Positions 52,949 through 64,000 of a stretch of DNA of 64,000 bases are shown here, one piece after another. This DNA comes from Octopus vulgaris (taxonomy: Eukaryota): positions 169,012,001-169,076,000 of the forward strand of contig OX597815.1 in NCBI GenBank assembly GCA_951406725.2. The letters are read 5' to 3'. Each line of letters starts with the position of its first letter. Within the stretch, counting starts at the first letter, position 1. The notes under the pieces are model-generated. The model made no database searches and was not told the origin of the DNA. It saw only the letters and a list, made by a program, of their open reading frames with translations. The position numbers and the translations under genes are program-made.

Positions 52949-53520
52949 TATTTCTTTACTGCCCACAAGGGGCTAGACACAGAAGGGACAAACAAGGACA
53001 GACAAAGGGATTAAGTTGATTATATCGACCCCAGTGCATAATTGGTACTTATTTAGTCGACCCCAGCAGAATTTGAACTCAGAACGTAGCAGCAGACGAA
53101 ATACCTATTTCTTTACTACCCACAAGGGGCTAAACATAGAAGGGACAAACAAGGACAGACAAAGGGGTTAAGTTGATTATATCGACCCCTGCATAAGTGG
53201 TACTTATTTAGTCGACACCGAAAGGATGAAAGGCAAAGTCGACCTCAGCAGAATTTGAACTCAGAACGTAGCAGCAGACGAAATACCTATTTCTTTATTA
53301 CCCACAAGGGGCTAAACATAGAAGGGACAAACAAGGACAGACATAGGTATTAAGGCGATTACATCGACCTCCATGCGTAACTGGTACTTAATTTATCGAC
53401 CCCAAAATGATGAAAGGCAAAGTTGACCTCGGCGGAATTTGAACTCAGAATGTAACGGCAGACGAAATACCATTAAGCATTTCACCTGGCATGCTAATGT
53501 TTCTGCCAGCTCGCCACCTT
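52949..53520 (-). repeat. Tandem trimer of family B SINE
   Basis: Three ~160-230-bp units with identical junctions GACGAAATACC|TATTTCTTTA. Confidence 0.8.
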
Positions 53521-54289
53521 CTATTCTATCAGTCTTTTTTGTCAAAGCATTGAGTTACAGGTGTGAAAACAAACCGATACTGGTTGTCAAGTGGTGGTGA
53601 GACAGACACAGACACTTACATACATTTGTATGACAGGCTTCCATACAGTTTCTATCTCCTCTCAAATTCTCTAATATGGTATTGGTTAACCTGGACAACA
53701 GTAGAAAGCACTTGTCCAAGGTGTCATGCAGTGGGACTGAACCTAAAAACTACATGGTTGTGAAGTGAACTTCCTAACTACACAGCCAGTGTTATTTGTT
53801 TTCTTCTTTTTTTTTTCTAAGATGGCATGATCTGATTTCAGAAAGATTTGGCTGCTATTTCTAGCATGTTGGGTGACCACATAGAGGCTTGTTACTTGTT
53901 AATACCATTGTTATGATTAATGGTTTTCGTGACAGTATTTCATTCCTGATAGCATAAATATCTTCGTGAGTTACGGTTAACTATTTAACATGCATCCTTC
54001 CCATAACATCTAAGCCAGTTTTTCTAATTAGTATACAATCTCTTATATCTTACTAACAATAGATTGTATGTGCTTATGCATGTTAGTGTGTGTGCATGCG
54101 TGAGAGAGAAAGATTTTGTTTTTTTTCATTCTAATATCCATTTTTCCATGCTTTGCCTGGGTCAGATGGAATGCATTGACACAAATTCTTCCTGTCATCA
54201 ATCCTCCCTCATTTCTATGCAAAACACTTTGCTATGATTAGACGTGTTTCTAAATGGAAGTCTTCCCTCAGAGGGCTTAGTCTTTTTTC

Positions 54290-54722
54290 TCAGGGCCCCC
54301 AAGGACATACTCTACGGAGAGCTTGCTAGGGGTACTAGGTCTGTGGGAAGATTGTTCTTACATTACAAGGATGTTTGCAAAAGGGACATGAAGGCCTGCA
54401 ACATCAATATTAGCAATTGGGAAGCAGTTGCCAGCAACCGTGGAGATTGGCAACGTACTGTAGAAGAGGGAACACAAAGGAGTGACAGAGAGAGAGAGAA
54501 GAAATGGAAAGACAAGAAACAACGTCAACAAGAAACTATGACATTACAACCAGCCAGGAACAGTCTTTGCTACATTTGTGGCACCTGCCAGAGGGAGTGT
54601 TTGTCCAGGATAGGACTACACAGCCACAGCAGGAAATGTATTAGGACATGAAATGTAAAAGCTGGACTAGACTATTTTATGCGCAACTCCATTGTCTCCC
54701 GAGACAAAAAGGATGCCAAACA
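54290..54722 (+). mobile_element. RTE-clade LINE 3' end with C2H2 zinc finger
   Basis: PKDILYGELARGTRSVGR...YKDVCKRDMK...WEAVASNRGDW...CGTCQRECLSRIGLHSHSRKC. Confidence 0.85.
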
Positions 54723-54954
54723 ACCAGTAGATATGCCATAGTGAAACTGAATTTGAAACCATGTAGGGGAGCAAACTTCTTAACTAAACAACCATACTTC
54801 TGCCAACATACATGCATGTATGCATATGTACATACACAGCAACAGGATACATACCAACCTAAATGGAGCAAAGCATGCCTGAACTTGGGTTCATAGGGAG
54901 AGAATGTAAATCCTTAGGTCATACACTAAAAATGATCATTATATATAGAACTAT

Positions 54955-55265
54955 TTATTATTTGTTTATGTGCCCTTTTCAAGCCTAGCCAGGCTCGTGT
55001 GCCCGGTTTCTGTGGCATATGTGTTCCTCCCAGCTGGACAGGACGCCAGTCCATTGCAGCATTACTCAAGAAACAGGAAGAAAAAGTGAGAGAAAGTTGG
55101 GGCGAAAGAGTGCAACAGGGGTTGCCACCACCCCCTGCCGAAGCCTCGTGGGGCTTTAGGTGTTTTTGCTCAATTAACACACACACAACGCCTGGTCTGG
55201 GAATCGAAACCGGGATCTTCCAACTATGAGTCCACTGCCCTAACCACTGGGCCATTGAGCCTCCA
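54955..55265 (-). mobile_element. tRNA-derived SINE (further family)
   Basis: Head GGAGGCTCAATGGCCCAGTGGTTAGGG...GGTTTCGATTCCC. Another tRNA-headed SINE lies at ~58260-58605 (+). Confidence 0.7.
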
Positions 55266-55852
55266 CATATGGAACTATAAAAGTCTGTAAAAGATTTAAA
55301 AGAGGAAGAACAAAACAAGATGCTTTCCTTCACAACCTTGCTACCAAATAGGTGGCCAGTTAAAATTTACTCTAAACTGAAAAGAGAAAGAGAACATACA
55401 TAAGTACAGTGGAGGTATAGTTAGAAGTTTGCTTCCTAACAACATAGTTCCATGTTGAGTCCCAATATGTAGCACCTTGGGCAAGTGTCTTCTACTGTAA
55501 CATTAGGCTGACCAAAGCCTTGTGAATGGATTTGGTAGATGGGAACTCAAAGAAGCTTGTTGTGTATGTGTTACTGTCTTGTGTGTGCCTTGACATTGCA
55601 TAATAGTTGTAAATGAGTATCACCATCATGCAAGCAGTGTACTTCGTTTCCAATCTTCCGTGAAAGCATGTCTGGTCATGGGGAAATTATTACCTTACTT
55701 GGAAACCAGTGAGGGTTGGTGACAGTAAGGGCATCCAGCTGTAGAAAATCCACCCAAGAAAATCCCATCCAACTCAACCATACGAACATGGAAAAGTGCG
55801 AGTTGAAATGATGATGATAATGATATATAATATATATATATATATATATATA

Positions 55853-56178
55853 CTAGCAGTTAAACCTAGTTTCACCCGGCCTGTTTGGACGATGTGGGTG
55901 TGTTCATTTTCAGTTAGGCATAATCTATAACAGCATTTCTCAACCTTATCATTTCGAGTCCCCTATTTTGATTGGAGCCTCCAGCTGTATGAAAATTTCT
56001 TTTAGATAGGTTTTAATTGATTTCCTCAGTAAGTATGGGGGCTAGGAAAAAAATACAAACTGCATTCCAATCTATGCACCCGCCTTCACATGTGTGCCAT
56101 TTTTAACACGAATCCACTCAGCCGTTTGGCTGTGAACCTCAAGACAAGAAAGAATGCAACAATCGCCCATGTCCAATT

Positions 56179-56190
<12 letters not shown>
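55853..56190 (-). mobile_element. Non-autonomous Helitron candidate in a (TA)n tract
   Basis: ACTAGCAGT end as in the other Helitrons, flanked by (TA)n on both sides. Confidence 0.45.
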
Positions 56191-56228
<38 letters not shown>

Positions 56229-58802
56229 TTATAAACTGAAACTTTACCACTATTCTCACATTTTAGTTTCATCATCATTATTATTTAATGCTGATTTTCT
56301 ATGCTGGCATGGTCGGACAGTTTAACAGGAACTGACCAGCTGCCCGGGTTCTATGTTTGTTTTGGCATGGTTTCTACAGCTGGATACCCTAACTAACCCC
56401 TGCCACTTTACTGAGTGTACTGAGTACTTTTACGTGGCACCAGCATGGGTGCTTTTTCCATGGCACCAGTACCCATCAACCTGCAAGATTACGATTACTC
56501 AGCTGAAAAGGGATATAAGGGATATACCTGTATGCAAGAACGGCCACGATTTTACTTAGCTTGACGTATCTTCTCAAGCACAGCAAACCACCCAAAGCCT
56601 TGGTCCCTTGTCATCCAAAGCATGTATACATGTGATAGCAGTGGAGTGTACTGAAAAATGATATGAGAGGTCATCAGTTTGTATTTTACCAGTGTCACTG
56701 TGTATTATGGCGTAACAAACTGAACTCTCAAATTACCTGGTTCATCCAGGTACCCATAGTTAATTTGCTACAAATTCCTATTTCTACCCTCATTAGTGTG
56801 CTTTAATTGAAAACTGTCAGTCAGCTGTGACAAATACCTCCAATGTTTACTTTTGTTCTTCGTTCACTGGAGTTAAGGAGTTTAGCCAAATAAAATGAAT
56901 GTTTCTCAGCAACTGTTTTTTTCTAACAATTTTTTTTTTCAGCTGAAACTCAAAAATACAACAATAACAAGGGCCAAAACTTTTAAGAGAATTTAAGAAA
57001 TCTTAAAACGTCTGATGTCAGATAAGTCGTTATTGAATCAGTGGTGCCAAATAAGCGGCACCAAAACAGATGTGCCAAAACATCTCCTACCCATCCTTGT
57101 GGTACTTCATTAGGGAAACTATAAGTGCTGAAAGTGTTGTTTTTGTATCTGGGGTTAGTACTCATAATCTTTTGCAGACCATCCCAGACTTGTGACGTTG
57201 ATGTAGCCAAATGTAGATGGTTAATGTCTGTAGAGAAAGACATGGTCTGTATTACTTGCAGTAGAGTGAACTCCACTAAGATACTTAATGACTTGGTGAT
57301 GGTGTTAAACCAAGCAATGTGCTAGACCTACCATTATTGATTATAACTGATAATTAAAATATTAGGAACTAAACCTGTTTCATACACTTAGTATGCTGGG
57401 AGTTTTGAACTGCTTCGCTCTGCCCTCATTATGTATATATCATACTAATGAGTTCAGTGTGAACTTGAATATAATGCAACATCTACATTTTGTAGCCAAA
57501 ATCAGTAATATATTATATCCTCTTGTTTTTTGGTACATTCAAGTATAATACCACCCACCAGTCTTGACCTTGATGTTTTGTTTTAAATTTCTCACAATAT
57601 ATAAAAGAATTCAACATATGTACACACGTGAAAATTAACACACACAAGCACACTCACAGGCATTTATAAATATATTCAAAAGATGATCATAGTGCTAATT
57701 TTTAAATTAGAAGAAGAAAAAAACTCTACATACTCATATTTTGTATTGAGTTGTGCACATGAGAGTATAAATATATATGTAGCTATATGGTTCAAAAGCT
57801 TTCCTCCTAATGAAGTGGTCTTGGGTTCAATCCCACTGTGCAACACATTGGGCAAGTGTCTTCTACGATCGCTTTGGTTTGACCAAAGCATTGTGAATGG
57901 ATTTGGTAGATGGAAACTGTAAAAAGCCCATCTTGTACATTTGTGTGCATGCGTGCATGTCCTTGTCTAGATACCACATGGATGGTTGTAAACGAGCATC
58001 GTCATCATACAAGCAAGGTTGTTTGTTTTCAGTCTTCTGTGAAAAGCATGTCTAACTACAGGAGATATTACTTTGCTTGGAAACAGGTGAGGATTGACAG
58101 CAAGAAGTGCATCCAACCATAGGAAACATGTCTTGTGGTGGAAGAAAAGGAACTTCTGATTCCTGAAAAAAAATAGAACGGAAGATTGTTTTGATTTGAT
58201 AAGACATTCATTTGTATCTCAGAAATACAAGCACTGGTTCGATTTCACTTCTTTAGGTGAAGTTGCATGGCTCAGTGGTTAGTGTCAGACTCACAATCAT
58301 GAGGTAGTGAGTTTGATTCGGAGACTGGGCTATGTGTTGTGTTCTTGAGCAAGACACTTTATTTCACATTGCTCCAATTCACTCAGCTGTAGAAATGAGT
58401 TGCAACATCACTGGTGCCAAGCTGTTCCAGCCTTTGACTTTTCCTTGGACAACACCAGTGGTGTGGAGAGTGGAGGCTGGTATGCATGGGCAACTTGCTG
58501 ATCTTCTACAAGTGATTTAATTGCCTGGACTTGTGCCTTGAAGGAGAACTTTCTAGATGCAATCCTATGGTCATTCATGACCAAAGGGGGTCTTTACTCT
58601 TTACCTTATTATTAATCAATTTGTTAGTTACTTAACCAACCAACTAATTGATAGTTTGCTTAATCATTCAGTTAATAAATTAATCAGTTGTTTGTCAAAA
58701 TCCTTTCATTGCTATTCACGATGTTATTATTGACACAACGGCTCTCCCAAGATATGATAAAATCTGTTTCAGCATACAAGTCCACATTAAGAATCTTGCA
58801 AA

Positions 58803-59194
58803 TCTTTATATATAAAAGTGAGGTTGTGTGCTGTCTGTTGCCTACGATTTATATTCCTAACTACTCCCAAATTTTGCAGTGCAGTTTAACCAAAACCGGG
58901 TATCTTATAGTCGTGATTCATATCGAGCCCTTCTGGGTATTAGCACGTGTCTACGATGAGTCTACGATTTAAAAAAAGATTTACCATCAATTTTTTCCAT
59001 TTTTAATGCATTTTTGGCATATATAAGGAAGTAACTCTCTAAAAATTTATTATTAAATCTCAGAACGTAAAAAGCTACAGTGAGCCCCCCTTGTGGTTAG
59101 CCATATTGAAATGGCTATTATACTTTACATCTCTAAAAATGCTTATATAGTTATTTCCCTTACAAACCCAAGCAATGCCGGGCGATACTGCTAG
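58803..59194 (+). mobile_element. Non-autonomous Helitron (distinct interior, shared ends)
   Basis: A|TCTTTATATATAAAAG...CCCAAGCAATGCCGGGCGATACTGCTAG|T. Confidence 0.75.
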
Positions 59195-59251
59195 TCAAAT
59201 ATAAAAATGAAACATTAAATTGGATAACATTTTTCTTTTCTTTTCTTGCAG

Positions 59252-59382
59252 GTTTCTCTCTGTTTAGCTATTTCACATCTGAGCTCACTCGAGGTTATGT
59301 TCCGGAGAAAGACCAGAAGAATTTCACAGAGAAACGGAAAAGAATTTATACATTCATAAAGATACCTTTTGAACTAGAACAG
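59252..59382 (+). CDS. TAPT1: TAPT1 coding exon 2 (transmembrane anterior posterior transformation 1 homolog)
   Basis: Polypyrimidine acceptor ttttcttgcag| and donor CAG|gtatgt. Translates (G)FSLFSYFTSELTRGYVPEKDQKNFTEKRKRIYTFIKIPFELEQ, matching the TAPT1 motif ELTRGY...YTERRERVYT.LRIP.ELEK. Downstream exons lie outside the window. Confidence 0.9.
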
Positions 59383-60335
59383 GTATGTAGTTGTATGTTT
59401 TAATAATTTCAGGTAAAAGAAACTGATTCAGAAGTTCGTTTAGCATTTAAATGATATACCCTTTTACTTGTTTCAGTCATTGAACTGTGGCCATGCTGGG
59501 GCACTGCTTCAAAGGCTTTTAGTCAACCGCAGTACATATGTTTAAGCTAGGCGCTTGTTCTGTTGGTCGCTTTTGCTGAGCTACTAAGTTAGTGGGACAT
59601 AAACAAACCAATACTGGTTGTCAAACAGTGGTGGGGGACAAAAATACACACATGCATACATACACACACGCACAGACATGCATCATCATTTAATGTCCCC
59701 TTTTCCATGCTAGCATGGGTTGGACAGTTTGAGAAGAACACAAGATAGGTGGCTGCACCAGGTTCTGTGTCTGCTTTGGCATATGATTTCTAAAGCTAGA
59801 TGTGCTTCCAGGGGAGTGGCTGTGTGGTAAGTAGCTTGCTAACCAACCACATGGTTCCGGGTTCAGTCCCACTGCGTGGCATCTTGGGCAAGTGTCTTCT
59901 GCTATAGCCTCGGGCCGACCAAAGCCTTGTGAGTGTATTTGGTAGACGGAAACTGAAAGAAGCTTGTCGTATATATGTATATATATATATGTATGTGTAT
60001 AGTTGATGCTGCAAATAACTGTTTCTTCCTGACTACTAGATTAATCTAGCACCAAGCTTAATTGCTACTGGGAAAGCTAATATATCAAAAACTTCACCTG
60101 AAGTAATAAATATCAATGACAGTTGGTGGCCAGAATGGTATTTTAAACCTGTTTAGATATAGGAAGTGTGATAGAATTGTAATACTTACATAACTAAAAC
60201 TATGCAGGAGCAAAGATTGCTTCTTAGAGCTGCACAGAATCCTATAAATTTGGCTGTTGTTTTGACACTTGTTATTACAGCTGAATCTGACTTCAAGTAA
60301 TTGCTAATCAGTTAGTTGCCTGCACAAAAGGCTAA

Positions 60336-60527
60336 TACTCTTTTACTTGTTTCAGTCATTTGACTGCAGCTATGCTGGAGCACCGCCTTTAGTCGAGCAA
60401 ATCAAACCCAGGACTTATTGTTTGGAAGCCTAGTACTTATTCTATTGGTTTCTTTTGCCGAACCACTAAGTTACGGGGAACATAAACACACCAGCATCAG
60501 TTGTCAAGCGATGTTAGGGGGGGCAAA

Positions 60528-60586
<59 letters not shown>

Positions 60587-60760
60587 GTATATATACGATG
60601 GGCTTCTTTTAGTTTCTGTCTACCAAATCCACTCACAAGGCTTTGGTCAGCCTGAGGCTATAGTAGAAGACACTTGCCCAAGGTGCCACGCAGTGCGAAT
60701 GAACCCAGAACCATGTGGTTTGTAAGCAAGCTACTTACCACAGAGCCACTCCTGTGCCTC
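60336..60760 (-). mobile_element. Family A SINE
   Basis: Full-length copy. Confidence 0.85.
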
Positions 60761-61299
60761 CACACAGCCACTCCTACACTTAATGTCTTTTTTTTTTTTT
60801 GAAATCACAAGTTTAGTATGTGCACACCCACACCCCTCACACATCACAATCATCTTCATTTTAACACCCACTTTTCCATGCTTGCATGGGCCAGATGGAA
60901 TTTTTTTGACACAGGTTTTCCATGGTTGGGTGCCCTTCCTATCTCCAACCCTCACCTATTCCCAAGCAAGGTAAATATTTCCTCATGGCCAGACACATTT
61001 ACATGGCAGATTGAAAATGGAAGACACAGCTTCTGTGACAATGATGCTTGCTTTACAACTATCACATGATATCAAGAGAGTGAGACACAAAACATACACA
61101 TAAAGGCATATATGTATGTATTTATATACATGATGGGCTCCTTTGTTTTCTTCTACCAAATCCACTGACAAGTCTTTGGTCAGCCTGAGGCTATAGTTGA
61201 AGACACTTTTGCAAGGTACCATGCAGTGTGACTGAACCTGAAACCATATGGTTAGGAAGTGAACTTGTTAACCACAATGCCATGTCTGTAATGCAGATA

Positions 61300-61711
61300 T
61301 ATACTCTTTTAGTCTTTTACTTGTTTCAGTCATTTGACTGTGGCCATGCTGGAGCACCACCTTTTAGACGAGCAAATCGATCCCGGGACTTATTCTTTGT
61401 AAGCCTAGTACTTATTCTATTGGTCTCTTTTCCTGAACCGCTAAGTGACGGGGACGTAAACAGACCAGCATCGGTTGTCAAGCGATATTTGGGGGACAAG
61501 CACAGACACACAAACATATACGCACACACATATATATACATATATACGATGGGCTTCTTTCAGTTTCTGTCTACCATATCCACTCACAAGGCTTTGGTCG
61601 GCCTGAGGCTATAGTAGAAGACACTTGCCCAAGGTGCCATGCAGTGGGACTGAACCTGGAACGATGTGGTTCATAAGCAAGCTACTTACCACACAGCCAC
61701 TCCTACGCCTA
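61300..61711 (-). mobile_element. Family A SINE
   Basis: Full-length copy. Confidence 0.85.
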
Positions 61712-62639
61712 TATGTATAATTTTAGATGAGTTTCATACTGATGTTTTTTTTTCTTTTTGCATGCTGTGCCGGTGGCACCCCGTGCTGGTGACACCCCGT
61801 GCTGGTGACATGTAAAAAGCACCAACTGATCGTGGCCGTTGCCAGCCTCGCCTGGCACGTAAAAAGCACCCACTACACTCACGGAGTGGTTGGTGCTAGG
61901 AAGGCATCTAGCTGTAGAAACACTGCCAGATCAGACTGGAACCTGGTGCAGCCTTCTGGCTTCCCAGACCCCGGTCGAACCATCCAACCCATGCTAGCAT
62001 GGAAAATGGACGTTAAACGATGATGATGATGATGATGATGATTATTTCCGTATTTTGAATGTTATTAATGTAAATTCTTCAATCTCTATTATTTCCAATA
62101 ATCATCAGGTGATGTTCCTGAGTTAGAGAAAGGATTGAACTCAGACACTTATTGGCATGGACTCTACATCCTAAGAAAATTACTGCAACTTAAAAGCTCA
62201 AGTTGAATGCTTAAATATTTTGAAATGACAACATTATTATCCAGTGGTTAGAATATCAGACCCTGTTGGTAAAATAAAGGTTGTAGGGTCAATCTTTGAG
62301 TTTTTTCAGGAATAACACCTGAAGAGACTTGGAGATAATACTGATCTGTGTGTTGATGATTGGAGATTATAGTAATCAATACATTGTCAGTGACACAGCC
62401 AACATGAGGAAATAATCTTAAAAAAAGAAATAAAATGACAAATATCACAGCTTTCAAGTTAGCAATTCTGGCCTTGTAAAAAGCACCCAGTACACTCTGT
62501 ATAAATGTTGGTGTTAGGAAGGGCATCAAGCTGTAGAAGCCATGTCATACCAGATAGTAGAGCTTAGTGCAGACTCTTGCTCACAAGCTCCTGTCAAATT
62601 GTCTAGTCTGTGTCAGTAAAAAAAGTGGATCCTCATGAC

Positions 62640-63082
62640 TGAAGTCCATGCCAGTGAAGTGCTAAGAGCACCATCCAAGCATGATCATTGCCAGGGCCAC
62701 TGACTGGCTCCCATGCCAGTGACATGTAAAAAGCACCATTCAAATGTGATCATTACCAGCGTTGCCTTACTGGCACGTGAAAAGTAACATTCGAGTGAGG
62801 TCGTTGCCAGTACCGCTGGACTGGCTCCTGTGTAGGTGGCACATAAAAAACACCATTTGAGCGTGGCCGTTGCCAGTACCACCTGACTGGCCCTTGTGCC
62901 GGTGGCACATAAAAGCACCCACTACACTCTCAGAGTGGTTGGCATTAGGAAGGGCATCCAGCTGTAGAAACTCTGCCAGATCAGATTGAAGCCTGGTGCA
63001 GCCATCTGGCTCGCCAGTCCTCAGTCAAACCGTCCAACCCATGACAGCATGGAAAGCGAACATTAAACGATGATGATGATGA
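62640..63082 (+). mobile_element. RTE-tailed retroposon with ~65-bp internal repeats
   Basis: 4-5 internal units, then ...GGAAGGGCATCCAGCTGTAGAAA...AAACGATGATGATG. Further copies at 29297-29505, 30276-30600 and 61765-62040. Confidence 0.75.
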
Positions 63083-63357
63083 CAATCATAAGAATTGAAA
63101 GTTTTGTACAAGCAACTCTAATTTTCTAATTCAAAATAGAGAACTACAATGGCTGTATGTCTAAGGTGTTGGACTACTAAGTACATCACACCATTATTTT
63201 GTAGTCTGTTCAGTGAAGCACAACCTTGATGACTCAGTTTGTCTGCCTGTCATGTTCCAATCCTATTTCATGGTTGAATAGTTGGTAATAAGAATATCTA
63301 ATTGTAAAAGCAATAGCTTAAGAAAGAAAAATCATGAGTGATTAAAATCTTTTTTAA

Positions 63358-63575
63358 CCCTTTAGCATTCAAACTGGCTACATCAGGCCTAAACATTCTA
63401 CCTGTTTTATGTTCAAACCAGCCAGATCCAGCCTCACGCACCAACCCTATAATGCCCTTCTAAAAATAAGCAAATATGTCCAGAAAATCTTAAAATTACA
63501 AGATAATGCATGATGGATTCAAAACATTTTGAATAAATAAGCATTACATTTGATAATAATCTGAATGCTAAAAGG
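63358..63575. mobile_element. piggyBac-type MITE (same family)
   Basis: TTAA|CCCTTTAGCATTC...GAATGCTAAAAGG|TTAA. Other copies at ~39134-39357 and 42745-42966. Confidence 0.8.
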
Positions 63576-63772
63576 TTAATAAATATGTAACCAGTATGTA
63601 AACTTTTTATTGATGAAAGTTTATGAAGAAATAATAGGCACAGGCTTGGCTGTGTGGTAAGAAGTTTGCTTCCCAGCCACACGGCACCTTGGGCAAGTGT
63701 CTTCTACTATAATCTTGAAACGACCAAGGCCATGTGAGTGGATTTGGTAGATGGAAACTGAAAGAAGCCTGT

Positions 63773-63817
<45 letters not shown>

Positions 63818-64000
63818 ATGTGTGTGTCTGTGTATATATATATATATCTGTATGTATGCCTTTGTGTTGGTTCCCCAAACTGACTGACAACCAGTGATGG
63901 TGTGTTTATGTCCCTGTAACTTGACAGTTTAGCAAAAGAGAATAATTACCATGATTAAAAAGAAAATAAGCACCAGGGTTGATCAGTTCAACTAAAATCC

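Larger units (their letters stand above)
17958..59251 (+). other. TAPT1: 41.3 kb phase-1 intron of TAPT1, filled with TEs
   Basis: GT...AG boundaries and phase-compatible exons. No intervening exon was recognised. Confidence 0.65.

Noticed and set aside
56940-57330. Possible additional TAPT1 exon after a T-rich AG at ~56943
   Set aside because: No TAPT1-like peptide or convincing donor. Exons 1 and 2 already join in phase.

Overview
AT-rich, repeat-dense animal genomic DNA. The SINE families and microsatellites look like an octopus (coleoid cephalopod); this is an inference. One host gene is well supported: TAPT1 on the + strand, with coding exon 1 at 17762-17957, a 41.3 kb intron, and exon 2 at 59252-59382. 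Most of the rest is transposon-derived: tRNA-headed SINEs, RTE and CR1-like LINE ends, CRE-like RLE retrotransposon relics, a Gypsy 3' fragment, an Hsmar1-like mariner, and Helitron, piggyBac, hAT and pogo MITEs. The main oddities are: (1) a 2.9 kb Merlin-type foldback element with ~1.3 kb arms, a perfect 8-bp TSD and the same retroposon mirrored in both arms, nested in a related Merlin MITE; (2) two copies of a Penelope-like terminus combining a tRNA-like Pol III head with a minimal hammerhead ribozyme; (3) a possible compact or decayed cyclic-nucleotide-binding-domain gene head-to-head with TAPT1; (4) a CpG-rich to CpG-poor switch near 21.8 kb. Repeat boundaries were read by eye and are approximate unless a TSD or TIR is quoted.
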